DNA from: Candidatus Heimdallarchaeota archaeon
GTDB taxonomy: Archaea; Asgardarchaeota; Heimdallarchaeia; Heimdallarchaeales; Heimdallarchaeaceae
DNA: 64,000 bases
Reading direction: 5' to 3'
Assembly: GCA_019057815.1 (NCBI GenBank)
Contig: JAHLWR010000001.1
Coordinates: forward strand, 224,001-288,000
The position numbers and the translations under genes were made by a program. Below the pieces are notes generated by a model. That model did not search any database, was not told where the DNA came from, and worked only from the letters and a program-made list of their open reading frames with translations. Shown in pieces: positions 49,471 through 60,028 of this stretch; within the stretch, counting starts at the first letter, position 1; the number at the start of each line of letters is the position of its first letter.

Positions 49471-50133
49471 ATGAAAAAGAAGAAAAATATTGATAGTAAT
49501 GGTTCCCCTGAAGGTTTTTATGAAGAAAGCAGGAGTGTAAGATTTTACTCCAATTTGAATGGGGGAGAAAATGAATATGGTTATGATTACAAACGTTCAG
49601 CTGATGGTAAGGAAGAATTTACAGAAATAGGTGACATACCAGCTGATTTCGGTATTGATTTTAATGAAAGAGTTAACAATCTTGATAGACAGTTTAGTGA
49701 ATTTGGAAATATTTTAGCTAAATCTATTAACTCCGTGACAGGTCTTTTTCCAAGTTTTGCTGAATTCATGGGTAATATGGATTTACCTCGTCTTTTAATC
49801 GGTAAAGAACCTATTTTGAAACCTAGAAGTGAAGAACCATCTGTTTCTGATATCCCTTATGATATTCAACTAGATGATAATAAAAACGAATTATATGTTC
49901 TTGTGGAATTACCTGGTTTCTCAAAAGAAGACGTTAAGATCAAATTAACAAAGAAAGGATTGTACCTTACTGGTGCTAATAGTAGTAAGCAAATTGAAAC
50001 TACAATTCCCTTAGATAATGGGATAGACCCAACTAGAAAGATTTCTGCTAGTCTAAGAAATGGGATTCTTGAAGTCAAAATGAAACTTCTCAATTCACAA
50101 CACAAGGAAGGATTTGATATTTCTATTAACTAG
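49471..50133 (+). CDS. Small heat-shock protein (Hsp20)
   Basis: VELPGFSKEDVKI...ASLRNGILEV alpha-crystallin domain. Confidence 0.9.
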   Translation: MKKKKNIDSNGSPEGFYEESRSVRFYSNLNGGENEYGYDYKRSADGKEEFTEIGDIPADFGIDFNERVNNLDRQFSEFGNILAKSINSVTGLFPSFAEFMGNMDLPRLLIGKEPILKPRSEEPSVSDIPYDIQLDDNKNELYVLVELPGFSKEDVKIKLTKKGLYLTGANSSKQIETTIPLDNGIDPTRKISASLRNGILEVKMKLLNSQHKEGFDISIN

Positions 50134-50159
50134 GTTTTCTAAAGTAAAGGTGAGTAATT

Positions 50160-52388
50160 ATGTCAACAGAAGAAGAAACTGGAAAACAACTCAGAGTAAA
50201 AGAATCACTACAAAGAGATGTAGGACGAGGCATTGTGCGCATTTCCCAAGATGTTGCTGATGATTTACGCATTGGTAGTGGAGATATTATATGCATAAAA
50301 GGTTCTAAGAAAACATTCGCTCGTGCATGGAGAGGTATTCCTGAGGATTTTGGTAAAAACACTGTGCGTCTTGATCGTGTGATTAGAATGAATGCTGGCG
50401 TGGGGTTAGATGATAGAGTTACTGTCTTTAAAACAGAAGCAAAAAAAGCCAAACGCTTAGTCTTTGCATTTACAGAAAGAGTTCAAGTTGCAGGAATTGA
50501 AAGTTGGTTAAAACAGAATCTTGAAGATCGTGTTTTATCGATTGGAGATGTTATACCAATCAGTCTAGGGATGGGACGGAGATTATATATTGGCGTAGCA
50601 AATATTGCTCCTGCTGTTGAAGTTGTGATTATGACTTCTGAAACAGTCGTACAAATTAGCGATAAACCTCTAGAAGATGCCCAAGCAGTAGGTATTGAAA
50701 AGATTAGTTATGAAGATATTGGAGGTTTATCCGAAGAAATTAGTCGTGTTCGCGAAATGATTGAATTGCCTTTGCGCCATCCTGAACTCTTCAAACGTCT
50801 GGGTATAGAGCCACCAAAAGGAGTTCTTTTACATGGTCCTCCGGGAACAGGAAAAACGCTACTTGCTCGTGCTGTAGCTAATGAAACAGAAACTAGTTTC
50901 TATAACATTTCAGGTCCAGAAATTATGTCCAAATTTTACGGAGAATCAGAGCAAAAATTGAGAGATCTTTTCAAAGAGGCTCAACAGAATGCTCCAAGCA
51001 TCATTTTCATTGATGAAATCGATTCAATAGCTCCAAAACGAGAAGAAGTTACAGGAGAAGTTGAACGAAGAGTAGTTGCACAACTTTTATCCTTGATGGA
51101 TGGTTTGGAATCTCGTGGAGAAGTTATTGTTATAGGTGCCACTAATAGACAAAATGCACTAGATCCAGCCCTTCGTCGACCTGGAAGATTCGATAGAGAA
51201 ATTGAAATTGGAATCCCAGATCGTGACGGTAGATATGAGGTTCTACTTATTCATACTCGTGGTATGCCATTGGCGGAAGATGTTGATTTAGGTATATTTG
51301 CTGATAAAACTCATGGTTTTGTTGGAGCCGACCTTTCAGCCTTAGTAAAAGAAGCTGCTATGCAATCTCTTCGACGTGTTTTGCCAGAAATTAATCTAGA
51401 GGATGATGAGGTACCCTTAGAGATACTTCAAAAAATTGATGTTCAAAAACAGGATTTTCTAACTGCTTTAAGAACTATTGAACCATCTGCATTAAGGGAG
51501 GTTTTTGTTGAGATTCCAGATGTCGAATGGGGAGATATTGGAGGTTTGGATGAAGTCAAGGCTGAATTGAGACGAGCAGTTGAATGGCCTTTAAAATATA
51601 AGGATTTATACTCTACTATGAAAGCTGAATCACCTAAAGGAATCCTTCTATACGGTGCTCCAGGAACTGGAAAAACTCTGCTTGCAAAAGCTGTTGCTAA
51701 CGAATCAGAGGCTAATTTCATAAGTGTTAAGGGACCGGAGATTTTATCGAAGTGGGTTGGAGAGAGTGAAAAAGCTATAAGAGAAATTTTCCGTAAAGCA
51801 CGACAAGCAGCCCCATGTATAATATTCTTAGATGAAATTGATTCTATAACTCCAGTGAGAGGTAGAAGTACAGATTCAGGAGTTACAGAGAGAGTAATAA
51901 GTCAACTCTTAACTGAGTTGGATGGATTAGAAGAATTAAGAGGAGTTATAGTTATAGGTGCAACTAATAGGCCAGATATGGTCGATACCGCACTTTTGCG
52001 ACCTGGAAGATTTGATAGACTTGTTCTCGTTCCTAATCCAAACTTCAAGGCTAGAAAGCAGATTTTCGAAATACATTTACAAGATGTACCAAGAGCTGAT
52101 GACGTTAATATTGAAGAGTTAGCTAAGGAAACAGAAGGGTTTAATGGTGCGGATATAGCGGCTATAAGCAGTGAAGCTAAATTAAGTGCAATAAAGAAAT
52201 ATGTTGAAAAACATTCTACAGAGCTTGAAAAAGGAGGTACTATAGATCCTGAAGAATGTGACTGCAAGATTAATCAACAAATTCTTCTAGAATCATTAGA
52301 ACAAGTTAAACCCGCAGACAAAAGAGCTAAGGCTATTAAAAAGGATATTCATAAAAAATCAGAGGATGAAGATTTGGGATTCGTATAA
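50160..52388 (+). CDS. cdc48: Cdc48/p97/VAT AAA+ ATPase
   Basis: N-domain followed by two AAA modules (GPPGTGKT; GAPGTGKT), each with RPGRFDR. Confidence 0.96.
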   Translation: MSTEEETGKQLRVKESLQRDVGRGIVRISQDVADDLRIGSGDIICIKGSKKTFARAWRGIPEDFGKNTVRLDRVIRMNAGVGLDDRVTVFKTEAKKAKRLVFAFTERVQVAGIESWLKQNLEDRVLSIGDVIPISLGMGRRLYIGVANIAPAVEVVIMTSETVVQISDKPLEDAQAVGIEKISYEDIGGLSEEISRVREMIELPLRHPELFKRLGIEPPKGVLLHGPPGTGKTLLARAVANETETSFYNISGPEIMSKFYGESEQKLRDLFKEAQQNAPSIIFIDEIDSIAPKREEVTGEVERRVVAQLLSLMDGLESRGEVIVIGATNRQNALDPALRRPGRFDREIEIGIPDRDGRYEVLLIHTRGMPLAEDVDLGIFADKTHGFVGADLSALVKEAAMQSLRRVLPEINLEDDEVPLEILQKIDVQKQDFLTALRTIEPSALREVFVEIPDVEWGDIGGLDEVKAELRRAVEWPLKYKDLYSTMKAESPKGILLYGAPGTGKTLLAKAVANESEANFISVKGPEILSKWVGESEKAIREIFRKARQAAPCIIFLDEIDSITPVRGRSTDSGVTERVISQLLTELDGLEELRGVIVIGATNRPDMVDTALLRPGRFDRLVLVPNPNFKARKQIFEIHLQDVPRADDVNIEELAKETEGFNGADIAAISSEAKLSAIKKYVEKHSTELEKGGTIDPEECDCKINQQILLESLEQVKPADKRAKAIKKDIHKKSEDEDLGFV

Positions 52389-52409
52389 AATCCCAACTAG
52401 GTGATACTA

Positions 52410-53132
52410 ATGTCAAGAGCGAGTGGTGATAACAATCTTGATTTCGACGCAATTTTGGATATTTTATCCAGTACAACTAGAAGAAAAATACTTCAATTGT
52501 TAACGACTGAAGACTTATATCCATTTCAAATTTCAAGGATTCTCGATATTTCACCTCGGATAATTGGAAAATATATTGATGAGCTTGTAGAACTTGGTAT
52601 AGTTGAGACTTATGAAAGTGAAAGAATAAAAGGTCCTTCTCGCAGATATGCAAAACTCAACAAATCTTTTTCCTTTATTATTGATATCAGTCCTAGCAAT
52701 TTTTCATGGAAGATTGTTCCAATTGATAATATTGTAGTAGAAACAATTGAGGAAGAGAAAGAAATAATTGTTAGTAAAGAAACCAGTAACGAAATACTGG
52801 AAATAAGAGATTGCATTAGAACAAAAATAGAAGACATAGAATTAATAAATGAAAAGCGTAAAAAGCTAGTTCGCGAAGTTAATGAGGCTTATAGTCGTTT
52901 TAATAAGATACTTGACTCTATTGTTAGTGATTATTATGATAGAGAGATTATGAGAGCTCTCTTTAAAGTCATTGTAAATAAATCTAGTAATGAAATTTCA
53001 CTAGTTGAACTTGCAAATGAAACACGAATGTGGCAAGGAACACTAGTAGAAAGAATTACTATCCTTGCTAGAGAAACAAAACTTGTTAAAATTGTTCAAG
53101 ACAAAAAAGGTGTGATTTGGTTTTCAATCTAA
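52410..53132 (+). CDS. ArsR-family wHTH regulator with coiled coil (Phr/HSR1-like heat-shock regulator)
   Basis: ILDILSSTTRRKILQLL...ISRILDISPR...GPSRRY; in an operon with hsp20 and cdc48. Confidence 0.82.
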   Translation: MSRASGDNNLDFDAILDILSSTTRRKILQLLTTEDLYPFQISRILDISPRIIGKYIDELVELGIVETYESERIKGPSRRYAKLNKSFSFIIDISPSNFSWKIVPIDNIVVETIEEEKEIIVSKETSNEILEIRDCIRTKIEDIELINEKRKKLVREVNEAYSRFNKILDSIVSDYYDREIMRALFKVIVNKSSNEISLVELANETRMWQGTLVERITILARETKLVKIVQDKKGVIWFSI

Positions 53133-53162
53133 TATCTTAAATTCTCTTTCGGAATTTTTTAT

Positions 53163-54533
53163 TTGGCTATCAACTTGAAAACGCATCATATTAAGATACT
53201 ACATATTGGGTTTGATGACACTGACTCTCTTAAAGGGAGCTGTACAACTCATTTAGCTGTGCTTATTATTGAAAAAATTTCAAGAAATGTTACATTCAAA
53301 GATTATCCAAGATTAATCCGTAATAATCCCAATATTCCTTGGAAAACCAGAGGAAATGCGGGAATATGTTTATCATTAGAAGTAGAAGAAGAGCTAATAG
53401 ATTCAATCATTGAAACGGCAATTGAAACTTTGGAAAAGTACTACCAAAAAGATCCAAAAACTAATCCAGGTTTTGTAGTCATTACTGGTCAAATTCCAGA
53501 AATACTCAAAGAATTCTCAATTAGAGCTTTAACAGATGTTATTTCCATTTCTGAAGCTAAAAAAATAGCGAAACAATATTGTTATGCTTCATATTTTATT
53601 GGTAATGGTCGAGGGTTGATTGGAGCTCTTGCAGTAGTAGGAAACCAACTTAAGCCCTTTGAAGAAGACTACACTTACGAATTGCTTACTTATAGAAAAT
53701 TAGAATTCATTGGTACTAAAAGGCAAATAGATGAAGAATCAGTTAAGATGATGGATGCAAAGTTAGCTCCTTTCGTTTTTAATAATATCGATGAAGAAAA
53801 AGGCAAGGTTCTTATTTCTCCAACAGGATTAGATCCTGTTTTTTATGGGGTTAGAGGTGAAGATCCTTCTATTTTGTTAGAAGCAAAAAATTTAATCAAA
53901 TCTAAAGAAATAATTGAAAAATATTGCATTTTTCGTACCAATCAAGGAACAGATCAACATTTCAAATATGCAGATCATTCAATCAGGAATTTCAATGTCT
54001 TCAGTGGAGAAATCGAAGTAATAGATTATCCCAAAACAGAAGTAGGAGGGCATGTTTTTTTCAAGGCAAAAGTACTTCTCAGCAGCAAAACGGTAAATGT
54101 AACAGCCTTTGAACCGACTAAAAGCTTTCGAAGAGTTATTCGTCAATTAATCCCTGGAGACAGGTTAAAAGCTTATGGTGGGTTAAGATATTTTAGCAAG
54201 AAGGGTGAAAAATTCAATTTACAACTAGAAAAATGCGAAGTTACTTTTCTTGCAGAACATTTTCATGAGGAAAGTCCACTTTGTCAACAATGTGGTAAAA
54301 GAATGACTAGTAATGGACTAAATAAGGGGTACAAATGTCGGAATTGTGGATTAAAAAACCGTACCATTAAAAAAAGTTTAGTGCCAATTGAAAGGAAAAT
54401 CTCAGAAGGCATGTATATTCCTCCAGCACAAGCTCAGAGACACTTAGTCAAACCTTTAAGGAGATATGAAATCCAAGAGAAAGAAGGTTTTGAGATTATT
54501 CAAAATTTTTGGGGAAAAAGGAGATCTCAATGA
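53163..54533 (+). CDS. tiaS: tRNA(Ile2) agmatinylcytidine synthetase
   Basis: IGFDDTDS..GSCTT, NPNIPWKTRGN, GRGLIGA, TNQGTD, FEPT, C-terminal Zn ribbon and RHLVKP. Confidence 0.95.
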   Translation: MAINLKTHHIKILHIGFDDTDSLKGSCTTHLAVLIIEKISRNVTFKDYPRLIRNNPNIPWKTRGNAGICLSLEVEEELIDSIIETAIETLEKYYQKDPKTNPGFVVITGQIPEILKEFSIRALTDVISISEAKKIAKQYCYASYFIGNGRGLIGALAVVGNQLKPFEEDYTYELLTYRKLEFIGTKRQIDEESVKMMDAKLAPFVFNNIDEEKGKVLISPTGLDPVFYGVRGEDPSILLEAKNLIKSKEIIEKYCIFRTNQGTDQHFKYADHSIRNFNVFSGEIEVIDYPKTEVGGHVFFKAKVLLSSKTVNVTAFEPTKSFRRVIRQLIPGDRLKAYGGLRYFSKKGEKFNLQLEKCEVTFLAEHFHEESPLCQQCGKRMTSNGLNKGYKCRNCGLKNRTIKKSLVPIERKISEGMYIPPAQAQRHLVKPLRRYEIQEKEGFEIIQNFWGKRRSQ

Positions 54534-54648
54534 GTTGAAAGATTCTCTCCCCCCAGGAGCGTGTTTGAACTAGCTGAGCTTGGTTGTAAGAAATAGTACT
54601 CAGCCAAGACAATAAGGGAGAGGAGATATATAAATGTAACGTGGTAAC

Positions 54649-56457
54649 TTACCATCCCCAGTACTTACTTGTAGTTTCACGTTTTATTTTTGCCAATTCT
54701 TCTAGAACTAGTATGTCATCAGATGATATCATATCCTTATACCTTACCATGAGTAAAACAGCATGCTTTTCAGGCACATCGATGTATAAAGTGTCCCCTT
54801 CTCTTATTTGTCTTCCTACAGTTGGTCCTCTTAGTGAAATCGCTACTTGCTTTCCTTTAGTTGCTTCTTGTGTCGATTCCCTATTGTCTTGTATTTGTTG
54901 AATTCTTCCAACTCTTCTATTATCTTCTCTAATAAGCATTAATTTAGTTTTAATTCTTCCACCCAGAACTTCAACTCCAACTATAGCCGGTTTATTCGCC
55001 CTAAAAGTGTGATTTGGTAAAAGGATTATTTTTCCGGGCAGGATGAGATCTTTCAACGATTCAGCTTTGATTGCTTCTTTTTGATCTATCATCCATCTCT
55101 CATAATCATCGATTAAATTGTAAATCACATCGTCTTTGAAGACTTTTAAATCGTTCACTTCTATCTCTTCGCTAGCATCTGGGAGAATGTCAACATTGAA
55201 GCAGAGTAAAGCTCCGTGTTCGGGTGTTTTATCTGCTACTATTGCTGCATCTATTGCATCTTTCTTTGTTACATCTCCAACATCAGCTTTTTGAATAGGA
55301 ATATTTCTTTCTTTTAACATATCGACAATTGCTTCTAGACTGCCAAGAGTGTCAACTTTTACTATAATACCACTATCTTTTGTCTCGATTCTAAAGCTTT
55401 CAAGTTCCTCAGCAACTTCATTTAAAATGGTTTGCTCTTCTCCAGGAGGGGCAACACGTACAGGTGCTCCTGATAACGAATCCTCCAACCCAGGAGCACT
55501 GATTTTCAAACCAGCAGAAGCAAAAACATAATCAACTGGCTTAAATTTATCTCGAGGATCTCTCATTTCATCCAACTCTTTTGGCTGAAGAAGAGCTCTA
55601 ATATTCAGAAGTTTAGGTTCTTGCCTTCCCCCAACTACTATTTTATCTTTTTTTCGAATAACACCGTCATAAAGAATGACATCAATTGTTGTACCTAATC
55701 CCTCTACTTCTTTAACTTCTAAAACAGTGCCTTTTCCAGGTCCTTCGCTATACTCAAGTCGTTGCATCATAAATTGTTGAGTGATTCCTGCAAGAACTAA
55801 AAATAAATCAGGAATCCCTTCTCCTGTTTTGGCACTGGTTGGAATAATTGCTACTTTTTTTCTAAAATCTTCGATTTTATCATATCTGTCAGATTCATAA
55901 CCAAGCTCAGCTAGTTCACCCATTATCTCATATATTCGATTATCCAAATCTTCAGCAGCTTTAGGAATCTGTTTTCTGTAGGTTTCGCTAAAAGAAGCCC
56001 CATTAACACTCTTCCAAGCAGATATACGATCAATTTTATTAGCTGCTATAATAAAAGGAACTTTACGCACTTTTAATATATCCATACTCTCATAAGTTTG
56101 AGCTTGAAAACCACGAGTTAGGTCAACAACAAGAATAGCAATATCAGCTACTGATGCTCCCCGTTTGCGTAAATTAGTAAATACTTGATGACCAGGAGTA
56201 TCAACAATCAATATACCAGGAAGACCAAGTTCAATATTTGCCTTTTGAAGCAGGTTTCCACAGGCTTCCAAAACAGTCTCTGCAGGAAAGTAAGATGCTC
56301 CAACATGTTGAGTGATTCCAGCAGCTTCACGTGCTTGAACAGCAGTACCACGAACCTTGTCTAGCAAACTTGTTTTGCCAGAATCAACATGCCCAAGAAT
56401 AACTGAAATCGGGCTTCTTAGTCTTTTACCTGTTTTTTCATCTATTACCTTTGACAT
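54649..56457 (-). CDS. infB: Translation initiation factor aIF5B (IF-2)
   Basis: LRSPI..LGHVDSGKT, GITQHVGA, DTPGH, NKID and DTLGSLEA motifs. Confidence 0.97.
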   Translation of the reverse strand: MSKVIDEKTGKRLRSPISVILGHVDSGKTSLLDKVRGTAVQAREAAGITQHVGASYFPAETVLEACGNLLQKANIELGLPGILIVDTPGHQVFTNLRKRGASVADIAILVVDLTRGFQAQTYESMDILKVRKVPFIIAANKIDRISAWKSVNGASFSETYRKQIPKAAEDLDNRIYEIMGELAELGYESDRYDKIEDFRKKVAIIPTSAKTGEGIPDLFLVLAGITQQFMMQRLEYSEGPGKGTVLEVKEVEGLGTTIDVILYDGVIRKKDKIVVGGRQEPKLLNIRALLQPKELDEMRDPRDKFKPVDYVFASAGLKISAPGLEDSLSGAPVRVAPPGEEQTILNEVAEELESFRIETKDSGIIVKVDTLGSLEAIVDMLKERNIPIQKADVGDVTKKDAIDAAIVADKTPEHGALLCFNVDILPDASEEIEVNDLKVFKDDVIYNLIDDYERWMIDQKEAIKAESLKDLILPGKIILLPNHTFRANKPAIVGVEVLGGRIKTKLMLIREDNRRVGRIQQIQDNRESTQEATKGKQVAISLRGPTVGRQIREGDTLYIDVPEKHAVLLMVRYKDMISSDDILVLEELAKIKRETTSKYWGW

Positions 56458-56787
56458 AATTATCCCTTTGATCTTCTCAGTTTGTTATTATTGAGTTCCA
56501 GTCATATTTACAACATTCTCACACTCTTTCGAGAGGATTGAAATAAAAAGAAATTGGTTCAATAGAGAAAAACTTCAACAAAAAACTAAGGGTTTCAGTA
56601 TTTTTTTCCCAGAAAAGTGAATTAAATATAATTTTTTTCAAGACCCAAAAGACTTTTTTAAATTCCAGAATTATCTATAGGAGAATCAGTTTTGTTATTG
56701 GAGAATTAATAGCTACAATCATTCTACTGAAAAAGTGTAAAATATTTGCAAAGAAGAAGTAAGTAAAATAGTGAAATAAAAAAGGGT

Positions 56788-57237
56788 TTATTCGTAAAGC
56801 CATTCTTCATCTATTTTATTATACTCTACAAATTCCTTTTCACTAAAATAGATTTTATATTCATAAATAGCATTTTCTGGGGAATCACCAGCATGAATAA
56901 TATTTCTACCAATTTCTAATGCAAGGTCTCCTCGAATAGAGCCGGGGACTGCATCAGTAGGATTAGTAGCTCCAACAATTTTTCTTGTAACCCTAACCGC
57001 ATCCTTACCCTCAACAACAATTGCAACAACAGGACCACACGTTATGTGTTCTAATAAACCATCATAGAATGGTTTCCCTTTATGAATCGCATAATGTTGT
57101 TTAGCTTGCGCTAAAGATACTTTAAGCAGTTTCAGTCCAATTATTTTAAAACCCACATTTTCGATTCTTTTCACAACTTCTCCAATTAATCCTCTTTGGA
57201 CACCATCAGGTTTTATCATTATAAATTCTCTTTCCAT
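56788..57237 (-). CDS. ndk: Nucleoside-diphosphate kinase
   Basis: IKPDGVQRGL, GATNP, PGSIRGD and NIIHAGDS motifs. Confidence 0.97.
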   Translation of the reverse strand: MEREFIMIKPDGVQRGLIGEVVKRIENVGFKIIGLKLLKVSLAQAKQHYAIHKGKPFYDGLLEHITCGPVVAIVVEGKDAVRVTRKIVGATNPTDAVPGSIRGDLALEIGRNIIHAGDSPENAIYEYKIYFSEKEFVEYNKIDEEWLYE

Positions 57238-57278
57238 TTATATCACCATAAAAATAAAATATTGAAAAAAGGGAGTGT

Positions 57279-57467
57279 TTACAAAATTTTTCTCTCGTAT
57301 TTAGCACTCCACTTCAACTTCTTTGGATCGCGTTTTAATTTTAATTGAGATTTTTTGCATTTATTTGAACAGAAGTTCAATACTGAGCCTGATCTTTGAA
57401 CATAAATCATACCGTAACCTTGGTTGTATTCTTTTCCACAAAATGAGCATTTTCGTACAATAACCAT
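57279..57467 (-). CDS. rpl24e: 50S ribosomal protein L24e
   Basis: CSFCG...FCSNKC...RDPKKLKW. Confidence 0.96.
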   Translation of the reverse strand: MVIVRKCSFCGKEYNQGYGMIYVQRSGSVLNFCSNKCKKSQLKLKRDPKKLKWSAKYERKIL

Positions 57468-57479
57468 TTTTTCATCACC

Positions 57480-57704
57480 TTAACGTTTTCTAATTTTCTT
57501 AGCTTCCCGCTCTGTTTCTCTTAGCATTATGATATCCCCTTTTCGCACGGGACCTTTCAAGTTTCTCGTTAAGATACGATTTTTATCTCTACCTTCGAGA
57601 ACCTTAACTCTTGCTTGAATAACTTCTCCAACGCTACCTGTACGGTTGAGTACTTGAATTACTTCAGCGGGAGTAGCTTCATCACCATAAGACGCTTTGC
57701 TCAT
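57480..57704 (-). CDS. rps28e: 30S ribosomal protein S28e
   Basis: RTGSVGEV...[20 protein letters not shown]. Confidence 0.96.
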   Translation of the reverse strand: MSKASYGDEATPAEVIQVLNRTGSVGEVIQARVKVLEGRDKNRILTRNLKGPVRKGDIIMLRETEREAKKIRKR

Positions 57705-57717
57705 TATTCTTCACCAG

Positions 57718-58077
57718 TTATTTCTTTAGTTCTTCTATTTTTTTTGTTAAGTTTGTGAGAGATATTTTCGCTTCTCCTGCGTCTACAATTGCTATTGATG
57801 CAGAACCTATCTTTAATCCAGCAGCATCTCCAAGTCCATCTTTTGATGGGACAAAAGTATAGGAGATTTTTTTCTCTTCACATAAAAGTGGTAAATGCAT
57901 AACGATTTCAGGAGGGGAAACATCTTCAGCAATATAAACTAAAAGGGCTGTTTGCCGTTCTATTGCTTTAGTAACTTCATTTGTTCCTTTCCTAATTTTA
58001 CCTGTTCTAATAGAAGATTCTAAAACATTTAGTGACTCCTTAACGAGCTCTTCGGGTAAATCGATTTTTTTGTACAT
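57718..58077 (-). CDS. rpl7ae: 50S ribosomal protein L7Ae
   Basis: KIRKGTNEVTKAIER, IAEDVSPPEIVMHLPLLCEEK. Confidence 0.97.
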   Translation of the reverse strand: MYKKIDLPEELVKESLNVLESSIRTGKIRKGTNEVTKAIERQTALLVYIAEDVSPPEIVMHLPLLCEEKKISYTFVPSKDGLGDAAGLKIGSASIAIVDAGEAKISLTNLTKKIEELKK

Positions 58078-58085
58078 GTTTTTTT

Positions 58086-58122
58086 CACCTCAGGAATTCG
58101 AAAAGAATTCCATCATAAGGTC
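58086..58122 (-). promoter_or_regulatory. K-turn (box C/D-like) in the rpl7ae 5' UTR, putative L7Ae autoregulatory element
   Basis: Minus strand ACC-TTAT-GA-T-GGAATTC-TTTTC-GAATTCC-T-GA-GGT: ATGATG and CTGA boxes flank a 7-bp hairpin and overlap the GAGGTG SD. Confidence 0.82.
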
Positions 58123-58190
58123 ATTATTAAGAGACGAGAATTTGTTGAATTTAAAAGAATTACCTTTAACGAGTTCTTCATTGGTTTTTT

Positions 58191-58988
58191 TTACTCTTTT
58201 GTCAATGTTGTACACTTTGTTTCTTCGTTATTTAATAACCTCAATAGTCGATTCTTAACCAATCCATTGACAATCTGAACCCTTTCCACATTATTTAGTA
58301 TATGAAAGATAGAAGAGATTTTTCCTATCATATTTCCTGTTACATCTATGGTTTGATTGTTTATAATCTCGACAAATTTTAAGTCTTGAAGCTCGGATAT
58401 TGTTGCTTTTTCAATTAAAAATGTTTCATTTGATTCAGGTTTTTCTCCCCACAAACCATCTACATCAGTCACAAAGATTACTCGATTTATAGACAATCTT
58501 TGAGATAAAAAATCTATCAATGTATCACCACTAAGAATTGTGAAAGAATTGTTTTTCTCAAAGCAAATATCACCGTATAATACAGGGGTTAAACCAAGAG
58601 AAAAAGCCTTTTCGATGGGCTGTAAGAAAAATTCTTGGTGTTTTTTTTCTGAATCCAAATAAGCTAAAGCACTAGTTTGAAAACTTAATGCTTGTACGCC
58701 CTGATCACGTAAATTTTCTACTACACTTCGATTAAGCTTTAGCATATCTTCCCGAATCTGGAGCAAACCTTTAAGCTGGGATTCATTTCTATATCCTGAA
58801 ATTATATCATGTTTCTCTGCAATTATATGACCAAAAGAACCAGCACCATGAACTATAATACATTTTTTCCCCCATCTTCCAATTTCAGTACAAATTTGTT
58901 TCAAAGCTTCGTCTTTGAGAGTTGCATATTCAGATTTATTTGTAATTACAGACCCACCTATCTTTATTACGTCAATCTTTTTAGTCAT
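58191..58988 (-). CDS. ipk: Isopentenyl phosphate kinase
   Basis: KIGGSVIT, VHGAGSFGH, SGD and DVTGNM motifs; follows mevalonate kinase. Confidence 0.92.
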   Translation of the reverse strand: MTKKIDVIKIGGSVITNKSEYATLKDEALKQICTEIGRWGKKCIIVHGAGSFGHIIAEKHDIISGYRNESQLKGLLQIREDMLKLNRSVVENLRDQGVQALSFQTSALAYLDSEKKHQEFFLQPIEKAFSLGLTPVLYGDICFEKNNSFTILSGDTLIDFLSQRLSINRVIFVTDVDGLWGEKPESNETFLIEKATISELQDLKFVEIINNQTIDVTGNMIGKISSIFHILNNVERVQIVNGLVKNRLLRLLNNEETKCTTLTKE

Positions 58989-59952
58989 CTATTGTCACAC
59001 CAATTTTTGTATAATTTGCAGTAAAAGCTTGATATCCTTTTTTCTTAATATTTTTTATAGCTGAATGAGCATCTTTAATGTTGTCAAATAACCCAACAAC
59101 ACATCCACCAACACCAGCACCTGTGAGTTTTTCGCCCACAGAACCATTTTTCTTAAGTATTAACAATAAGTCTGTCACTTTGGAATGACCCACACCTAAT
59201 TGTTCTAAGAGGGTCTGATTTTCTTTCATTAGTTCACCGATTTCATCAAGCTTATTATTTTTGATACATTCCTTTCCCCTAATAACAATGCTATGAATTA
59301 AGTGGAAAATTTCTTCGGTTTTTTCTTGTTTTCTTTTGTAGTTTTTTTGAACATTTGCAACTATATCTTTGGTATTTCTTTCTATCATACTATTTGCAAT
59401 AACCCAGAATCCAGAAAAATCATCAATGGTTATTTGTTCCATTAATCCATTTTGATAAAGAATAGATCCACCATAAGTTGAGATGTTATTGTCAATACCA
59501 CTTGGTTGCCCATGTTGGATTTTTTCAGCTTCAAAAGCTATTTTGTTTACATCTTCTAAAGAGTAGTTTCCTCCCAAGAAAGTTGAAAGAGAATTAGTTA
59601 AAGCCACAGAAACAGCTGCACTTGAACCTAAACCTGATGAAGAAGGTATTGAAGAGCTTATATCAATTTGTAGTGGGAGATTAGATTGGAAGTTGTCAAT
59701 TAGTTTTTTTATTAAAAAAAGAATAGCTTGTAAAGAAGAGGGAAAAGATTCTTTACATGAGACTAAAAACGTCTTACCTGGATAAAGATTTGTTGATAAC
59801 ACAACATCTTCATCTGATGAGTAGCTCGAAACAGTGCATTTCGCTCTTCTATCAATTGCTATAGCTAATGCAGGATAACCATAAACAACTGCATGCTCCC
59901 CAAATAAGATTATCTTACCTGGAGCAGTATAAGTTATTCTGCTACTATTCAT
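58981..59952 (-). CDS. mvk: Mevalonate kinase
   Basis: APGKIILFGEHAVVYG, GLGSSAA, HGQPSGID and KLTGAG motifs. Confidence 0.94.
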   Translation of the reverse strand: MNSSRITYTAPGKIILFGEHAVVYGYPALAIAIDRRAKCTVSSYSSDEDVVLSTNLYPGKTFLVSCKESFPSSLQAILFLIKKLIDNFQSNLPLQIDISSSIPSSSGLGSSAAVSVALTNSLSTFLGGNYSLEDVNKIAFEAEKIQHGQPSGIDNNISTYGGSILYQNGLMEQITIDDFSGFWVIANSMIERNTKDIVANVQKNYKRKQEKTEEIFHLIHSIVIRGKECIKNNKLDEIGELMKENQTLLEQLGVGHSKVTDLLLILKKNGSVGEKLTGAGVGGCVVGLFDNIKDAHSAIKNIKKKGYQAFTANYTKIGVTIDD

Positions 59953-60028
59953 ATGAAAACAAAAACATTAACCATTATAAAAAAATTGGTTTGAATTAAA
60001 TAAAATAAGAAGCAAAAAGGATAAAATA

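Noticed and set aside
56488-56505. Mini-ORF MTGTQ* upstream of infB, starting ATGACTGG like the leuS uORF
   Set aside because: Lacks the GGTGA core and the [ED]-[CY] codons; too short to distinguish from chance.
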